The notes: generated from the letters alone by a model not told the origin. DNA of 64,000 bases from Takakia lepidozioides (GCA_030704615.1 CM060733.1:51522001-51586000); one strand, 5' to 3'; counted from the stretch's first letter, positions 1-13,390 are shown. Numbers and translations are program-made.

Positions 1-2057
1 CATTAAGGTTTTAAATCACCACAAAATTATCTGGACTTCTAAAAATCTCCTGTCCCACACCATCCTGGTTCGGTGGCTTCCAGACAACTGCACTTGCAGA
101 CCATCGAGATTCTAAAAGTTACTTTGTCCTGCTCATTTGCAATCTTCCTCAGGACAAAAAGCACTTAACAATTGTCACAGATATGAAAGAATCTCCATCT
201 CAGTTTGAATATACGACTACCTCTTCATTTTCTCCCTACAAATACGAAACCCACCTGTCCTCTCTCTCCGTCTCTCTCTCGATTTCTCACCCCTAACGTA
301 ACCAAACCTACTGTGATGCCAAATCATGCACACACTCCAAATATAACAAATAAAATAAACGACAGACACCGAGGGAGGGAGATAGGTGGAGAATTAGCAC
401 AGCCCACAAAAGAAGTCAGAGACAGATACACTCGAAAGCTTCAGAAAAAACTAGTCAAAGAAGTCACCCAAATTCTTTCAAAACGCAGGTGGAGCGAGAC
501 CCACCGGATCAATCAATTCCGGAGGCAAAGGCCGCCCCATTGATGCTACGGAAGTATCACCCCTTGTGCGTGCACAATGCTCCCCGGGCCCCTTTCCAGG
601 AGCTCGAGCAGGAGAGCGATGGTGGTGCTGCACCCTGTTTGTTTCCCTCACACCCACCAACCAGACTCTATACACACCCCCTTTCAACTGAAAGGTCAAT
701 GACCATGTGGCGCTTTCACATTTGCTGCCTGCCATTATCCTTCCTGAGCATGTTTTGAAGGGTTTTGCCCACACTCAAGAGTCCCAGAGTCCCAGAGTCC
801 CAGTAAGTTGCTGAAAATGTGAGAAAATAAGACAGTGTAAAGTTGGAGACATTCCTTCAAGTTACTACACTTCTCATTGATCCCATCTCATGAAACCACC
901 CCGGGTTCAAATGCCTCTGGCCCTTGCAACATCAATGGTTTCGAAAAATCTATTTTCCGGACAAATGAATCCAATCTAAGTTCATTTTAAAATGGCCGGG
1001 ATGGGGACCCATTTGGCTAAGATGGCTGTTGGGAACCCACAATCACATTTTTTTCGCAAAGCTAGTCCCAAACAACAAGAGCTCTACAACATGGGGAGGT
1101 AGCCGAGGCCGAGGCCCCCACAAGGCATTCGTTATAAGAGAGTTAGCATCTTTCATCAGTTGATCGCCGGGCGATTAGACCAAGGAGGAACCATATGGAA
1201 TTCTAAAGGACTTCAATGAGGGCCCTATCCAAGTATGAATGGCTTTGGCGGAATTTGAGACACAAGAGTTATCAAGGAGGAAGAGAGTAAGAACAAGAGA
1301 CAAGCCTGGTGGAAAAGTAAGCCTTTAGGGGGCCAAGGTAGGGCTAACAACATGATTGAATGGTGAACATTTGTATATCTGAGCAAAGTTCTAGTTACAA
1401 ATAAAAAAGTGGCACCAGATTCCCACCAGGTTCAGGTTTTGTCGATTTCTGTGAAAAAGGTTGTAGACATTTAGGGCTCAGTTATCTTTTGTTACTCCCT
1501 GTTGGTTGCAGTTCTATCCTCACATCCATAGACCCTCCTTTTCCATATACTGCATCATACAATTGATCCAAATATGCCTTTCCACGTCCAAAGCATGTCA
1601 AATCACCCACTAGGTGATTCCACCATCCCATGTTTTTTTGTCCATGTACCTACCCCGAGCGCACCCAACCTGGAATCCCAGAAGAATGACCGAGAAGACC
1701 AGGCCCATTATATTTCTTGTGAAATACTTGATACATCTCCATCACCATCACCAACTCAGATGGTCACAAGTAACCACCTCACCATCATCAAATTTATCAT
1801 GGATATATATATATATATATATATAAATATATATGTCTGAGAGCCTAGTAAACTCCCAACTCACATATGAGAGGTGCCCAAGATTAAAAAGCTGTTATAG
1901 GAGAGAAACAGATATGAGTGCAAGACTTGAATGGAGAGGTCCCCAAATTACAGCACTCGGGATGAATCTTAGTGGATGAATCTGACACAACTGCTAATGC
2001 TCTTGGAAAGACGAGTGACAAAATACTTTACACAAAGCTATGACAAATGTGAAACCC

Positions 2058-4393
2058 CTAGTCATACTCTAGTTCCTCAGGTGTTACAGCCCTTTTCAAT
2101 GGAATAACTGACTTCTTGTCCACATCCCGCGGCATGGCCTTCCTCATATCTGCACCGACACACCCATAATCACAAATTCAGTTAGACTGATGCAAAGTGA
2201 GGATATGATGATGGTATGCAGCCTGCAACACACCATTTGTGCAAGTACCACCAAAAACCACAGAATCAAACCATGCCATTTTATCCTGGCCGTCCTTTCA
2301 TGGCGATGCCAAGCTAGTAACATACTAAACGGTCCTCAGTCCTGCCTACAGCCACATTATACCCCAAATTCATCTCAGGATTAAACACAAGACGGGGTCC
2401 AATTACACGGAAATCAGGTCTACTATGCATTGGCAGCCCAGAAAACCAGACAGAAAAACTGCTGGAGGACCAGTACACTCCATGGGATTATTTCATAAAT
2501 GCAGGCATACCTAGTCCATCCTCCTCGCCTGAATAGTAGCGCAGCACTCGTCGATATACAACGTACCCTAACTGTTTACACAGGCCAATACACAACCAAA
2601 ACTTTAGAAGATTTTTCTAATATATTCGCTCATTTCATCCCACCCAGCCCCTTCTCTTCACCCTCCACCGCAAGACAAAGGCATGAACACCTACCCTTCC
2701 AGTCCCAGCCAGCTCCACCTTCGCAATTCATAAGTCACAGTTCTCTATCTCTCTACCTAACTCACACCAGAGTTTGTACAGAGAAATTGGCATGAGCAAC
2801 AATTGGCAGAAATTGGCATTGTACACAGAAATTGGCATCTGTGGAAGGTTGATATAGTGTCAGTGCTGGAATCTACACTGGGGTTGTCGTTCACCAACAC
2901 TCAATCCCATGCCTTTTTTGTTTTCCACTGTGCAAGCACCGTTTCAATATTGGGAAGAGTTTCCATCGATTGGTGTCATGATCGTAGCAACGGGAATAAG
3001 CCCACAAACCATGGACACTTCGTTCTACCATTCAGGTGGCAAGAGGCTAGAAAAGGTCATCTTGAGTACCTTTTCATACATCGTGATGGCAGGGGCATTT
3101 GAGGCCCGCACAAACAAGTCCACGAAATAAGCATTGTACCTGTTCTCCCCATGTCCACCAAATTCATTAGGCCAGACCTTCCCCCATTTTTGCACTTTAC
3201 CCCAACCACTGGGAGCATACAACCAGCTGCTGGAAAAATATTCACTTTTGAATTGGGCGCCATAGATGTGCAAGACAACAACTGTGGAGAAATTTGACCG
3301 ACACAACAAAGGTGCATCATCAAAATAGATGTAACCCACTCACGTTTTATCAGTAATTTCTTCGAGAATGTGCATCAGTTTCTTAGCCAGCTGTTGCCGT
3401 CGGTACTCGGGAGCAACTGTGACAGCTGTCACATGGCCATGCCACGATTCACCCTGTCCCTCCACCTTCCCCATTACTTCCATCCAACAGCACAACCTTC
3501 AATCAGCATGATGTTTGGAAAAGATTCCCCCACCCCCCAAACCCCTAATCTTCATCTTCTCTCATTTCTCTCCCTGTCCTTTTCCATCCAATAGCCAGAA
3601 CTACCTAGAAAGCACCTTCAACTTATCAGGCACCGTCTCTTTAAAAAACTGCTCTTACAAGACCTATCAGCAAGATTCCAGGCAAAATGCCTGAACTGCC
3701 ACCACAAGCTGACACACCCATCAAACAACCAAACGACCTGACGACGAATCAAAGCATCACCTGTCATGCCCTAATTTTGTGGCGATCCAGTGTCGAGGAA
3801 TATGGAATTCATGAGTTGATCAGAATAAGGAGAGAGACACTTACTATAACCCATGATCTGATTGCTTGGCCCCTCTGCCATGTGAAAATAATCCGGCCAT
3901 CTCGCCAAATAATTCATATAAAAGGCCATACTGAACTGTGCGCACAAATATCACAACGTAGAAACAATTCAGACAATTGTGTAGCCAGTGCAGATTTTCA
4001 CTTCGATAGTTTACGTTGTGCTCTCGAGTACGCAAATGCTTACGCAGTCTGAAAACATTTTCATGATCAAGTTCAACGTGCACCTAACTCCATACAACAA
4101 CGACGAGACAAACACTAACCAATCCACTGCTTAATTCAACTTCTATCATCGACACAGGATCGTTCACACAAACCCATCATTTACATCAAAACGATCCATC
4201 AAAAGTTAAATCTTCAAGGCTCTCTTTAGAGTCTAACACAAGAGTTCTTCAGTGGAAAACTTAGAGCCTCTATGTGCATTTCTATTTTTAAAACGGGCGA
4301 AAGCAGAGACAGTACAGTTTCTGTGAGATGGTCCAAATTGACACTGGCAAACCGCAGAAGATCCTCACACCGGAAGCGCCGGATTGTCGTCAT
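2058..4393 (-). CDS. NAA20: N-alpha-acetyltransferase 20 (NatB catalytic subunit), about 6 exons
   Basis: Minus-strand exons translate to MTTIRRFRCEDLLRFASVNLDHLTET (4393-4316), YMNYLARWPDYFHMAEGP, GKVEGQGESWHGHVTAVTVAPEYRRQQLAKKLM, AYFVDLFVRASN, LGYVVYRRVLRYYSGEEDGL and DMRKAMPRDVDKKSVIPLKRAVTPEELEYD* (stop at 2058). These match NAA20/Nat3 motifs. Confidence 0.93.
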
Positions 4394-4581
4394 TCTCACC
4401 ACCTGCTCCTCCCCCTCTCTCCTCTTCTTCCGCCAGAGAAACCCTGGTAAAAGGCGGGCTGTTGGAAACCCTGCCTTGTTATAAAATAGATGAACGTCCC
4501 CGATAAAACATTACGGATGAGGGCTCACTGGAGCATGGAATTAGCGAGGGTTGCGGACCTGCAGATTCTTTGAGAGAAGAA

Positions 4582-7500
4582 ATGGCGATGGTGCAATGCA
4601 CGCGGGCTTGTCTCTCCTTGTTTCCCTGTGGGTTATCTCAGTGCGCTGAAGGTGGTTCTTCCTCCCTTATTGGGTCTTTTTCTGCCCTTCTAAAGGTTAG
4701 ACATCCGATCCTCAAGCCCATCTTCCGTTGTTGAACTCTTTCCTCGCTCCCTCTCTCTTTTTCTCTCTTCAGTTCCCAAAGAGCTTGGAAATTGGGGAAG
4801 ATTGCAGCTCATACTCAACATTAGCTTAAAAAAATTAAAGCAAACTCAAGCTCGTAGTGCACACCATTTGTGGCGGATGTCAGGGAATGGCAGAAATGCC
4901 GTTACTGGACTTGGTCCGCTAGGATGCCTGATGATTGTATCTCAGATGGATTGAGCATTTGACGAGTGGACATTGCTTGCGGGAGATCTTCATTGAACGT
5001 AATAGAATAATTCTGGCCTCGAGATGTGCATGCTGAGCAACTCGCTAAGTAGGATTTGGAACTCTAAATCCGTCAATTCGAAGAGTCTCCTGTTTGGAGG
5101 GAGAGAGAATTCCCTGGAGCATAGTAGGAGGATCTGGGTTGGGGACCAAATCAACGTTCTGGCTTTTACCTCTTCGCATGACGCAGGATGACGATCATCA
5201 AGTGGATACTAAAGTATTAGGAGATCAGCTTTCGGTTGACAGCGCAGGGTTTAGTGGTTAAACACAATGACACAATGTGGATTGGGGAAGACGAAGTAGT
5301 ATCCAAGTTTTGTAATAAAGGCCTCCTTTCGTGCAGTGCGACCTCGATAGTTCAATAATGACATAATAAGCTGCTAATCAGGATAGCACAGCTGGGTAAA
5401 TAAGGAGGTGTGAATTGGCGGTGGTGACGAACATGCAATTTTTTGCAAGGGCTGACTTTTGTTTCTCTGGTGTCAGCACCCACGCAGTACGATGATACAA
5501 CCTGTGATGTTCGGGAGAGACCCCAATGTCTCACAAGTTTCCCTTCAAACTGCTTCAGTTTCCAAGGAGAGAGGAAGTTTAAGGATGAGTGCAGCTCCAA
5601 CAACAATGGGGCCAGTTGCTGATGAGGATTGGAGTGACTGTCTTCAAGAAGGTGGGAATTCTACATTGCCTGGATTGTCCTTTTTCTGTGACTCATCAGA
5701 AGGTTCGTCAAGAGCATGAAATGTCAATTGGAATTAGGATGAAATTGATCTCTCTCTCTTCTCATCTCTCTGTTTCTCCTCTCTCTTTAAAAAAGCCACA
5801 CCTCTGAGATAGTGCAAAGTAGTTTCTAGCTTTGCAACACATGGAGGTCTTTAAGGGTGTTGTGATTAGTTCATATCTACCACCAATGTTGCAGACAAGC
5901 ATATGACAAATCAATCAAAGCAGAGTGTGGAGGTTTTGCAGAGGCAAAGAGGGAGCTGAGTGTGTCAACACAACTCCTGCAGTTAGATAATGCATTTGAC
6001 CCATATGATGCTCTTAGTACTCCCCTCTACCAGACAGCCACCTTCAAGCAGGTATGTGTCTCAGTCCTCATATCTATATCAGCTCTATATCTGTCTATTA
6101 AGTATGTAGCATAGGTTTTCTTCTGTCTTCTCTTTCTTGCTCTTGCAATTTGTCTTGCACTAAAGAAATTGTTGCTTTCTATGAAGTAATTCGCGATCAC
6201 AATGTTAGATGGTGCATTCACCTGTGGATTGCAGCCATCAGCTACTGAAGTGGGACAGTACGACTATACTCGTAGTGGAAACCCTACTCGAGATACTCTT
6301 GAAAGGCAAGCAACCCAAGTTTTGTACTTAACTACAGTTGTTTTGCTTTACTTAACAGTTTTCACTATCTTGGATTCTGGAGAATTCCAGACTTTTCAAC
6401 TAATGGTTCCAGTTTTGTTGGGATTCTGTAAACCCTTGTGTCACAAATATTCAACAGTTAGGATCTGTGTTATGTCATCTCCTCCCAATTTCATCTATTT
6501 TATCTCATGTATTATGGAGTGGCTGTAATGATCCCTTGCGTCATTGGCATGCACACAGATTACTAGCAAAGCTGGAAGGTGCAGACCGTGCCTTTTGCTT
6601 TACAACTGGCATGGCTGCCCTTGCAACCATCACTCACCTTGCTGAAGCAGGTAACTTGTGAGAGGACGTGATCCTTGCATCTCTGGACTTGTGGATGTTG
6701 CAGGTCTCATACTAGCTGTGAGCAACTTTCAAGCATGGTAGGTAGTCTATCGATCTTAGATGCAGTCGTCACAGAAATTTGCATATGCCTTGAAGGTGAG
6801 GAGCCATAGTGGTACATAAGCTTACCTCTTTGATTGTGTGCTGTTTGGCTTATTGGGTATTTCAGGGCAGGAAATAGTGGCAGGTGATGACATTTATGGT
6901 GGCTCTGACCGCCTCCTCTCACAAGTCTGCCCAAAGTCTGGCATCAAAGTCAAGTGAGATCATTGCTTGTCATTGCTTCTTTCCTCGAAATTGTGGCATT
7001 TTGCCCTCAGCACTTATAGCTTGCTTGTATGTCTTTTCATCCATGAACCAATTTGCCAGTACAGCCTGATTTGCTTTAAAAGTAGCGCAGTTGAAGACTG
7101 GTTTTGGTTTGCTTTGTGGCTTGTCCTTAATCTTGTCTATGACTAAGTGCAGGCGGGTTGATACAAGCAATTTGGATGCTGTGAGAGCAGCAGTAGGGCC
7201 CGCAACCAGAATTGTATGGCTTGAAAGTCCCACCAACCCTCGGCAGATGATCTCTGATATCAGGGTCGGGCTACTCCCACCTTTGCTTCTTTTTTCTCAG
7301 TGTTGGACTTCTTCTGAGCTTCAATGGCTGACGAAATTCGTTTTGCTTCTTGTGTTGGCCAGTTGGAGTGGTTAGGTACAGGGGTCCACGTTTTGCTGTT
7401 GCAATTGTGAAATAAGCATCTCTTGGTTTGTGTCTGTTGCTGTGCCGCTGTCTATACTGTCTCTGCATCTGTTGGTTGTCCACAATGCAAACTTGCTGTG

Positions 7501-10500
7501 AGATCCTGAAGTCATAATGACCAAACAAGACGAAGACAAACATCCTTGCCTCCCTTGCAACAAAAGTTGAAGGTATTATTTGCAGACAAACTATCAAAAG
7601 GGACTTGAGTGATAGGACTTTAATACACTCACTGAATCAATTCTTGAATAGGAATCTTCAGCTCATCTAATAGGGAACCTCAGGCCCAGAAAACCCAAGA
7701 AGGCTTTAAGAATACTGTAGACAATGGAGTTTGGCCTATGTGGCCATCCAGCACAAAGTAGACAGAGATGGAACAATGTCTGACAAAATTTTCTGTAATG
7801 TCCTGTTTACAGGAGATAGCTGGAATAGCACACGAACACGGGGCTCTCTTGGTTGTAGACAACAGCATAATGTCCCCAGTCCTTTCCAAACCCCTCGAGC
7901 TTGGGGCTGGTAAAGCTCAAAAACCACACTGCTGTGTCTCACTTTGTAACATTTGGTTTTCCAACCAGATAATCAGCTAGGTGGCTGGGGTTACTTCTCA
8001 GAGCATGCAATGGACTGAAATAGCAGGTTGCTTACTGCTCTTGACTTTGTTTAGGGTTAAGTTGCAATGTCAACTTATTGCCTTACTTGGGAGAGTCCCC
8101 AGGCACAGAAAGAGAAAGAGCAGCAATGCTAGGAGGCTGTTGAACTCAAGCTGAAGTAGAGAACTCAGCTTCAGTTCAGCTTCTCTCTTTGTCTCTGGGG
8201 AAGAAAGAATGCGCAGACAAGGTCTTCATTCATCATATCAGTTCAAGGGACTCAAGAAAACTGATTCTTGCCTCACCTATTTCCATTATCATTAGTCTAG
8301 GTTTGATAGATTTGGTGTTTAAGTCTGTCCCAGATCCATATGTACAGATTGCTGTGGAGGAACTTTTCATCTCAAAATCAGACATGATCCATGTTTGTTG
8401 GTGGCAGATATAGTGATGCATTCAGGGACAAAGTTCATAGCGGGACACAGTGATGTGATGGCTGGAGTTCTAGCTGTGAAGGGTGAGAGGTGTGCATTGT
8501 GATGAAGTTCATGTTCTGAGCTTCTCAATACTTGTACTGTTCCCTTTCTGTTCATACTGTGTGTGGAGACACAGAGGAAAGACAACGCACTCACTTGATA
8601 GTGTTTGTTGTAGCCCTCAGAAAGAAAGAGGGACTATTCTGTAAAACACTTCAGCTCAAAGCAGAGAAACTATGGCCATTGGAGCCACTGATGGATTGTT
8701 GATTGCAGTTAGCAGAACTGTCCATGTCTTCTGTAAGCATGAGAATGCCCGCAGCAATGTTAAAGAATGCAAGGGGGTGACCCTCTTATGTGTGTTGTAC
8801 ATTTTACTCAACCAATTGGTGGGTTGCTACTCATTCTTTGGTCACCGTGTCACATGTGTGAGACTACTTGAGTGCTGGATTGTCAAAGGACGTCAATCAG
8901 AGCTATTAAGGAGCCCTTGCAATGGATTAAGGTTGGCATGTTGGACTTCAGTTTGGCGAAGGACATTTACTTCTTACAAAATGCTGAGGGAACAGGACTG
9001 GCTCCTTTTGATTGCTGGCTCTGCTTACGTGGCATCAAAACAATGGCTCTCCGTGTTGAGAAACAACAGGTTGGTCCACTGGTTCTTGCCTTGGAAACAT
9101 ATGGTAATCAGGGCATCATATTTCTAGCAAAGTCAAAATGTAAATGATGATTTCATATATAGGTAATAGTTCATCATTTTAGAAATGAGACGTCCTCACA
9201 CTGCCCAGCTCCATGATCTGTACCAAGACTATATGACGATGATGATGCTGGACATGATGTTGTATACAGGAAAATGCACAGAAGATAGCTGAATATCTGG
9301 CATCCCATCCACGCATAGAAAGGGTGAACTATGCAGGCCTTCCAGGGCACTCAGGTCATGACCTCCACTACTCACAGGTATGTTGGCAGAGTTTGGTCTC
9401 TCTCTGTCGCACTCTCTTGATCTAATGCTGAGGGATTGCTACACCCAGAGAACGTCCAATGAGTCTGTCTCTTCTCTCTCAAGGCTCGTATTATTGTTCT
9501 ATAGAGAGCCTCAGTCTTTGGCAGAGGCCTTCAGCTTTGAGGACCCAAATTGTCTGGTAGGTTACCTGCATGAGGCACTTCATACTCAGTCAATGTTTGG
9601 TTTGGTGTATTTTGATGGCCCCCACTGTGTTTGCCACAAAGTTTTTTTCTAAGTTTCTCACAACCGTCCACTGCCACATTTGTTGGCTATGTGCGAGCAC
9701 CATGGCAAGGCTGAAAGTTGGTTAAAACTGCATAACTGGTTCCACTAGTGTTAGTTTCCCAGAAGGATCGTGCATCATTGTATGTTTTGGTCAACGTTCA
9801 CGATGAACAGTGAAGTAGTGCATCTCCAGTGATTGATCTCAACATGGTGAGGGATGAAAGAGATCATTAGTGCTTGTATATGTCGAAAGTTGAATCTTTG
9901 GAAAAGGAGTGAAGTAAGCCTCAAGCCGACCCCACAATTCCTGAGGATAAAATGTATGTCTTTTACAAGGTGTTATTTTGTGCAGAGCAAGGGGGCAGGC
10001 TCTGTATTCAGCTTCACCACAGGCTCCTTGGCGGTGTCTAAGCATGTTGCTGAACACACAAGACTCTTCAGCATCACTGTCAGCTTTGGTTCTCTCTCTC
10101 CCCCGCATTCTTGATTTCTCTCTCAATGGCCACAAGGCTACGGCAAACAACGTCTTATGAGTACATTCTCTCACTAGTTGCAGGCTGTGTGTATGGTGTT
10201 CAAATTGAACAGTTGCTGTTGGATCGCACATGTGCATGCATAGATGGGCCTCAGTTATCAGCGGCACCTCTACACATCAGTTTACTAGCCGATCCGTACT
10301 GTTTTTGGCAATGTAAAAGCTGCTCTTTCACCTCTGTAGCTATGTCGTTCAACAATGTCATAACATGTGAGTATGGTTGCAGGTAGTGTGAAGTCGTTGA
10401 TCAGCTTGCCATGCTTCATGTCACATGCGAGCATTCCTGCTGAGGTTCAAAAGGCCCGTGGGCTCACTGAAGACTTGATACGTGTTTCAGTAAGTGCTGT

Positions 10501-10866
10501 ACAAACAATGACAGTTCTGTGTCCATTAAAACACACATTTGAAGGGGAGGTGTCATCTTTGTATAGAATGTAGCCTCCAAGTGACCATAACCATGAGATG
10601 ATGCTGTTGCGCTTGAAAAGTGTGCAGCATGATATGTGTTAACTAGTAGAGCTCAAGACCAGCTATCTTAAAGTTGTGAATGTGAAGTTGGCAATCTTGA
10701 TTGGAAATCATAGTAAGTTCGGGTACTTCACCATGATAATTCTTTGTGGTTGTGGTGATGCTGTTCTTATCTCAAACATAGATGGTTCTTGGTGCAGATT
10801 GGTATTGAGGATGTCAACGACTTGATTGCCGATTTGGACCAGGCTCTTCAGACAGCACCGAAATAA
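4582..10866 (+). CDS. CBL: Cystathionine beta-lyase, chloroplastic (multi-exon)
   Basis: Exons encode [56 protein letters not shown], the PLP-lysine motif [48 protein letters not shown] and [17 protein letters not shown], with TAA at 10864-10866. The 5' exons (Ser/Ala-rich, transit-peptide-like, from ATG 4582) are less certain. Confidence 0.9.
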
Positions 10867-11041
10867 GCTGCAGTCTAAAGCACTGGCGTCTTCTATTGGA
10901 GCTTCTGTTGCAAGGATTTTGCACTCCTACATGCATCCATTAAGGTATACCTTTATGTGCCATTAGTGCTCGAGGCGAGTGGGGTCACCCTTATCCGAAG
11001 TAGCTCGTCCCTCTGACCAAATTTCTTTTGGTACCGAGACC

Positions 11042-11083
11042 ACAAGGTCACAAGGCTACGGCAAACAACATCTTATGAGAACA
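11042..11083. mobile_element. 42-bp dispersed micro-element with 19-bp TSD (other copies at 10128-10170, 49085-49135, ~47794-47821)
   Basis: The core cacaaggctacggcaaacaacatcttatgag is flanked by ttcttttggtacYgagacc at 11023-11041 and 11084-11102. Confidence 0.65.
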
Positions 11084-11102
11084 TTCTTTTGGTACTGAGA
11101 CC

Positions 11103-11411
11103 TTGCAACCTCCCTACCTCCATTCAAATGTTTCCACTCAATTGATTGAAGCTGAAGTCCAAATCCACCAAAAATGAGCAATCTCCCAAACTGGTAGGAA
11201 TGGTGCGTGAGGAAGTTGGTAAAATAGCCAAAGGGTACTTAGACTTTGCAACCTCCCAACTAGCTCCATCGGTATGTTCCCACCCAGCTGTTTGAAGCTC
11301 AAGTCTAGCTCCACCAAAGATGAGCAATTTCCCAAACTGATTGGAATGGTGCCTGTGAACCAGTTGCTCAATAGGGACATGATAGTTAGGTTTCGCAACC
11401 TCCCTAAACTC
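11103..11411 (-). pseudogene. LRR receptor-like protein fragment (3' part), interrupted by the retroelement
   Basis: Plant extracellular LRR consensus (FTGTIPISLGNCSSLVELDLSF; TIPTSLGDCSFLVDLDFSFNQLSGNI*) with frameshifts and a stop. Confidence 0.75.
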
Positions 11412-11869
11412 TGTCAAGTTATTTTACCACTAGTGTGAAACTAGCTAGGAAATAGCTAGCTTTTACATATTGACATTTGGGATTGGCCCAAGTGTTAATC
11501 CAGGGGTCAAAGCAGATTTAGGCCCTGGAGTGGTTATCTTCACGGCAAGCGCGGGAGGCTCATCTTTCTCGAGTGATAAAGAAGAAGAATACAAGCACAG
11601 GCTCATGCGAGCTCACAAAGCTGAAGCATAAACTCATGCATATATAACCTCATCACTCAAATACAAGTCAAGCCAAGTGCACCCCACGCCATGGGGAATC
11701 CACACTACGGCGCCATAGCTAGGCGAGCTCACAAAGCTGAAGCATAAACTCATGCATATATAACCTCATCACTCAAATACAAGTCAAGCCAAAGTGCACC
11801 CCACGTCATGGGGAATCCACACTACGGCGCCATAGCTAGGCGCGGTGAGGCTCAACTCGAGAAAGATCA
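11412..11869 (+). repeat. 5' terminal repeat AB1 (A direct; B inverted and partly duplicated)
   Basis: 11412-11573 matches 22764-~22923 directly. 11574-11867 is the reverse complement of ~22912-23087 and contains an internal ~116-bp tandem duplication (11607-11722 / 11723-~11840). Confidence 0.9.
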
Positions 11870-12539
11870 GCTCGTATCTATGAGTGCTAGATACGAGTTA
11901 GTTGTAGCACTTGTGGTTTTTGCTTGAGATTGAGAGAAACCAAGTTGTTATGCAAGGAGCACCATGGAGCTCTTGGTTGTTAGAAGCGGAGGCGATGTGG
12001 GTTACGAGGTGGTAGACCTTGGCATTCGATCTTCAGCTTCAGAGATGAAAGCACCATGCTGCAGGTAATTCCAGAGCACCTTGATGGTTTCAGATTGTGT
12101 ACATGCATGAGCAAGCACGATTGGGAAGAGGACCAGTCAAGAGCAGGTTATAGTGGCTTTGGTGGCAAAGCTGAGAACTGGACCTGGGAATGCGAGCTTT
12201 CATTGTGTGAAGGATTGCAAGACCAAGCGAAAGGGCTGATTTGGCTTGGGGCAAATCAATGCACTTTGTGGAGTATGGTGAGATTGGGTTTCAATCTCGA
12301 GCTTCAGCATTGAGAGGGCTCTTGTCATGGCAAGAGCAGGGCTGGAACAGGAGCTAAGAGGTGCGGCAAGGCCATGGAATGTGCACCTAGGGTTTCAGAG
12401 CTTGGAAGAAGAGCTCTTGCACCACAAGAGAAGTGTCTTGTGGCTGGAAATGTAAGCCTTAGGGTTTCAGGAGCTTGGCAAGGGCTATGGAGTGCTTAGT
12501 CTTGTCATAGAGAGCATCAAGGAGCCAAGGAGCCAAGAT

Positions 12540-12960
12540 AGGGGGCTGATATCTCTTGTGTGAAGAGGTTGCATGTGTGGAGCATGTATTCAGCTCATTG
12601 AAGCTTCCATCTTCAAGCTTGGAGAGCAAGGAAGAGGGAAGGGCTGACTTCCCTTATGTGAGGGCAATGTATGTGTGGAGCATGCTATCAGCCTGGTGAA
12701 GGCTTGCACTTTTAGGTGTGGGAGTGCAAGAAAGGAAGGAAGGGGCTGGTTTCCCTGTAGGGCATGTAGAGCATGCTTTCAGCCTGCTGAAGCTTGTATT
12801 ATCAGGTTTGTGGGTGCAAGAAATGAAGCAAAGGAGCTGATTCTCATATGGTGAGAGTGGGGCATGTGTGGAGCATGCCTTCAGCCCATTGAGGCTCTTG
12901 TTTTCAAGCCTTAGAGAGCTAGAACGGAAGGTCTAGGGCTGGTTTCCACTTGGAGTGAAA
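12540..12960 (+). repeat. Diverged ~100-bp tandem repeats in the element's 5' leader
   Basis: The motif g(c/t)atgt(gtg)gagcatg...tcagc...gaag/gagg(c)t recurs at ~12570, ~12670, ~12762 and ~12862. Confidence 0.6.
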
Positions 12961-13390
12961 GAACAGCACTTGTAGGGCCTATGTGAGTTGGGGTTTCAAC
13001 TTCAAGCTTGAAGGGAGCGCAACTCTTGAAGCAACAGGTGTAGAGGGCTGGAATAGGCTCTAAGACAGATGCTATGGCCAATGAGGGGAGTGCTTGAATG
13101 AGTGCTCACAAGGGCTGGGAACCAGCAGGGCTTGGTTGTTTGCCATTGAGTTTAGTGGCGTGTTTGGGGAGGCTAAGTGAGAAAGAAGGCTTGGTTTGTG
13201 GCAACCACCTCATGGCTTAGGGCTACTATGGTGGTGTGTGGGAGCCGAAAGAGCAAGGATACCTTGCTGATTTCCTCACAGCCACCATAGCTCGGTGGAA
13301 AGAAGCCTAGAGTCCAAGAGTCACAAACCCTAGCTTGGCGTGGCTAAATCCCTTGGAGAAATGGCTAAACTGCCAGAGCGGCCATGTGTG

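Noticed and set aside
1-800. Short ORFs or a possible conserved uORF/5' region of an upstream minus-strand gene
   Set aside because: No recognisable protein or RNA family; cannot be supported from this window.
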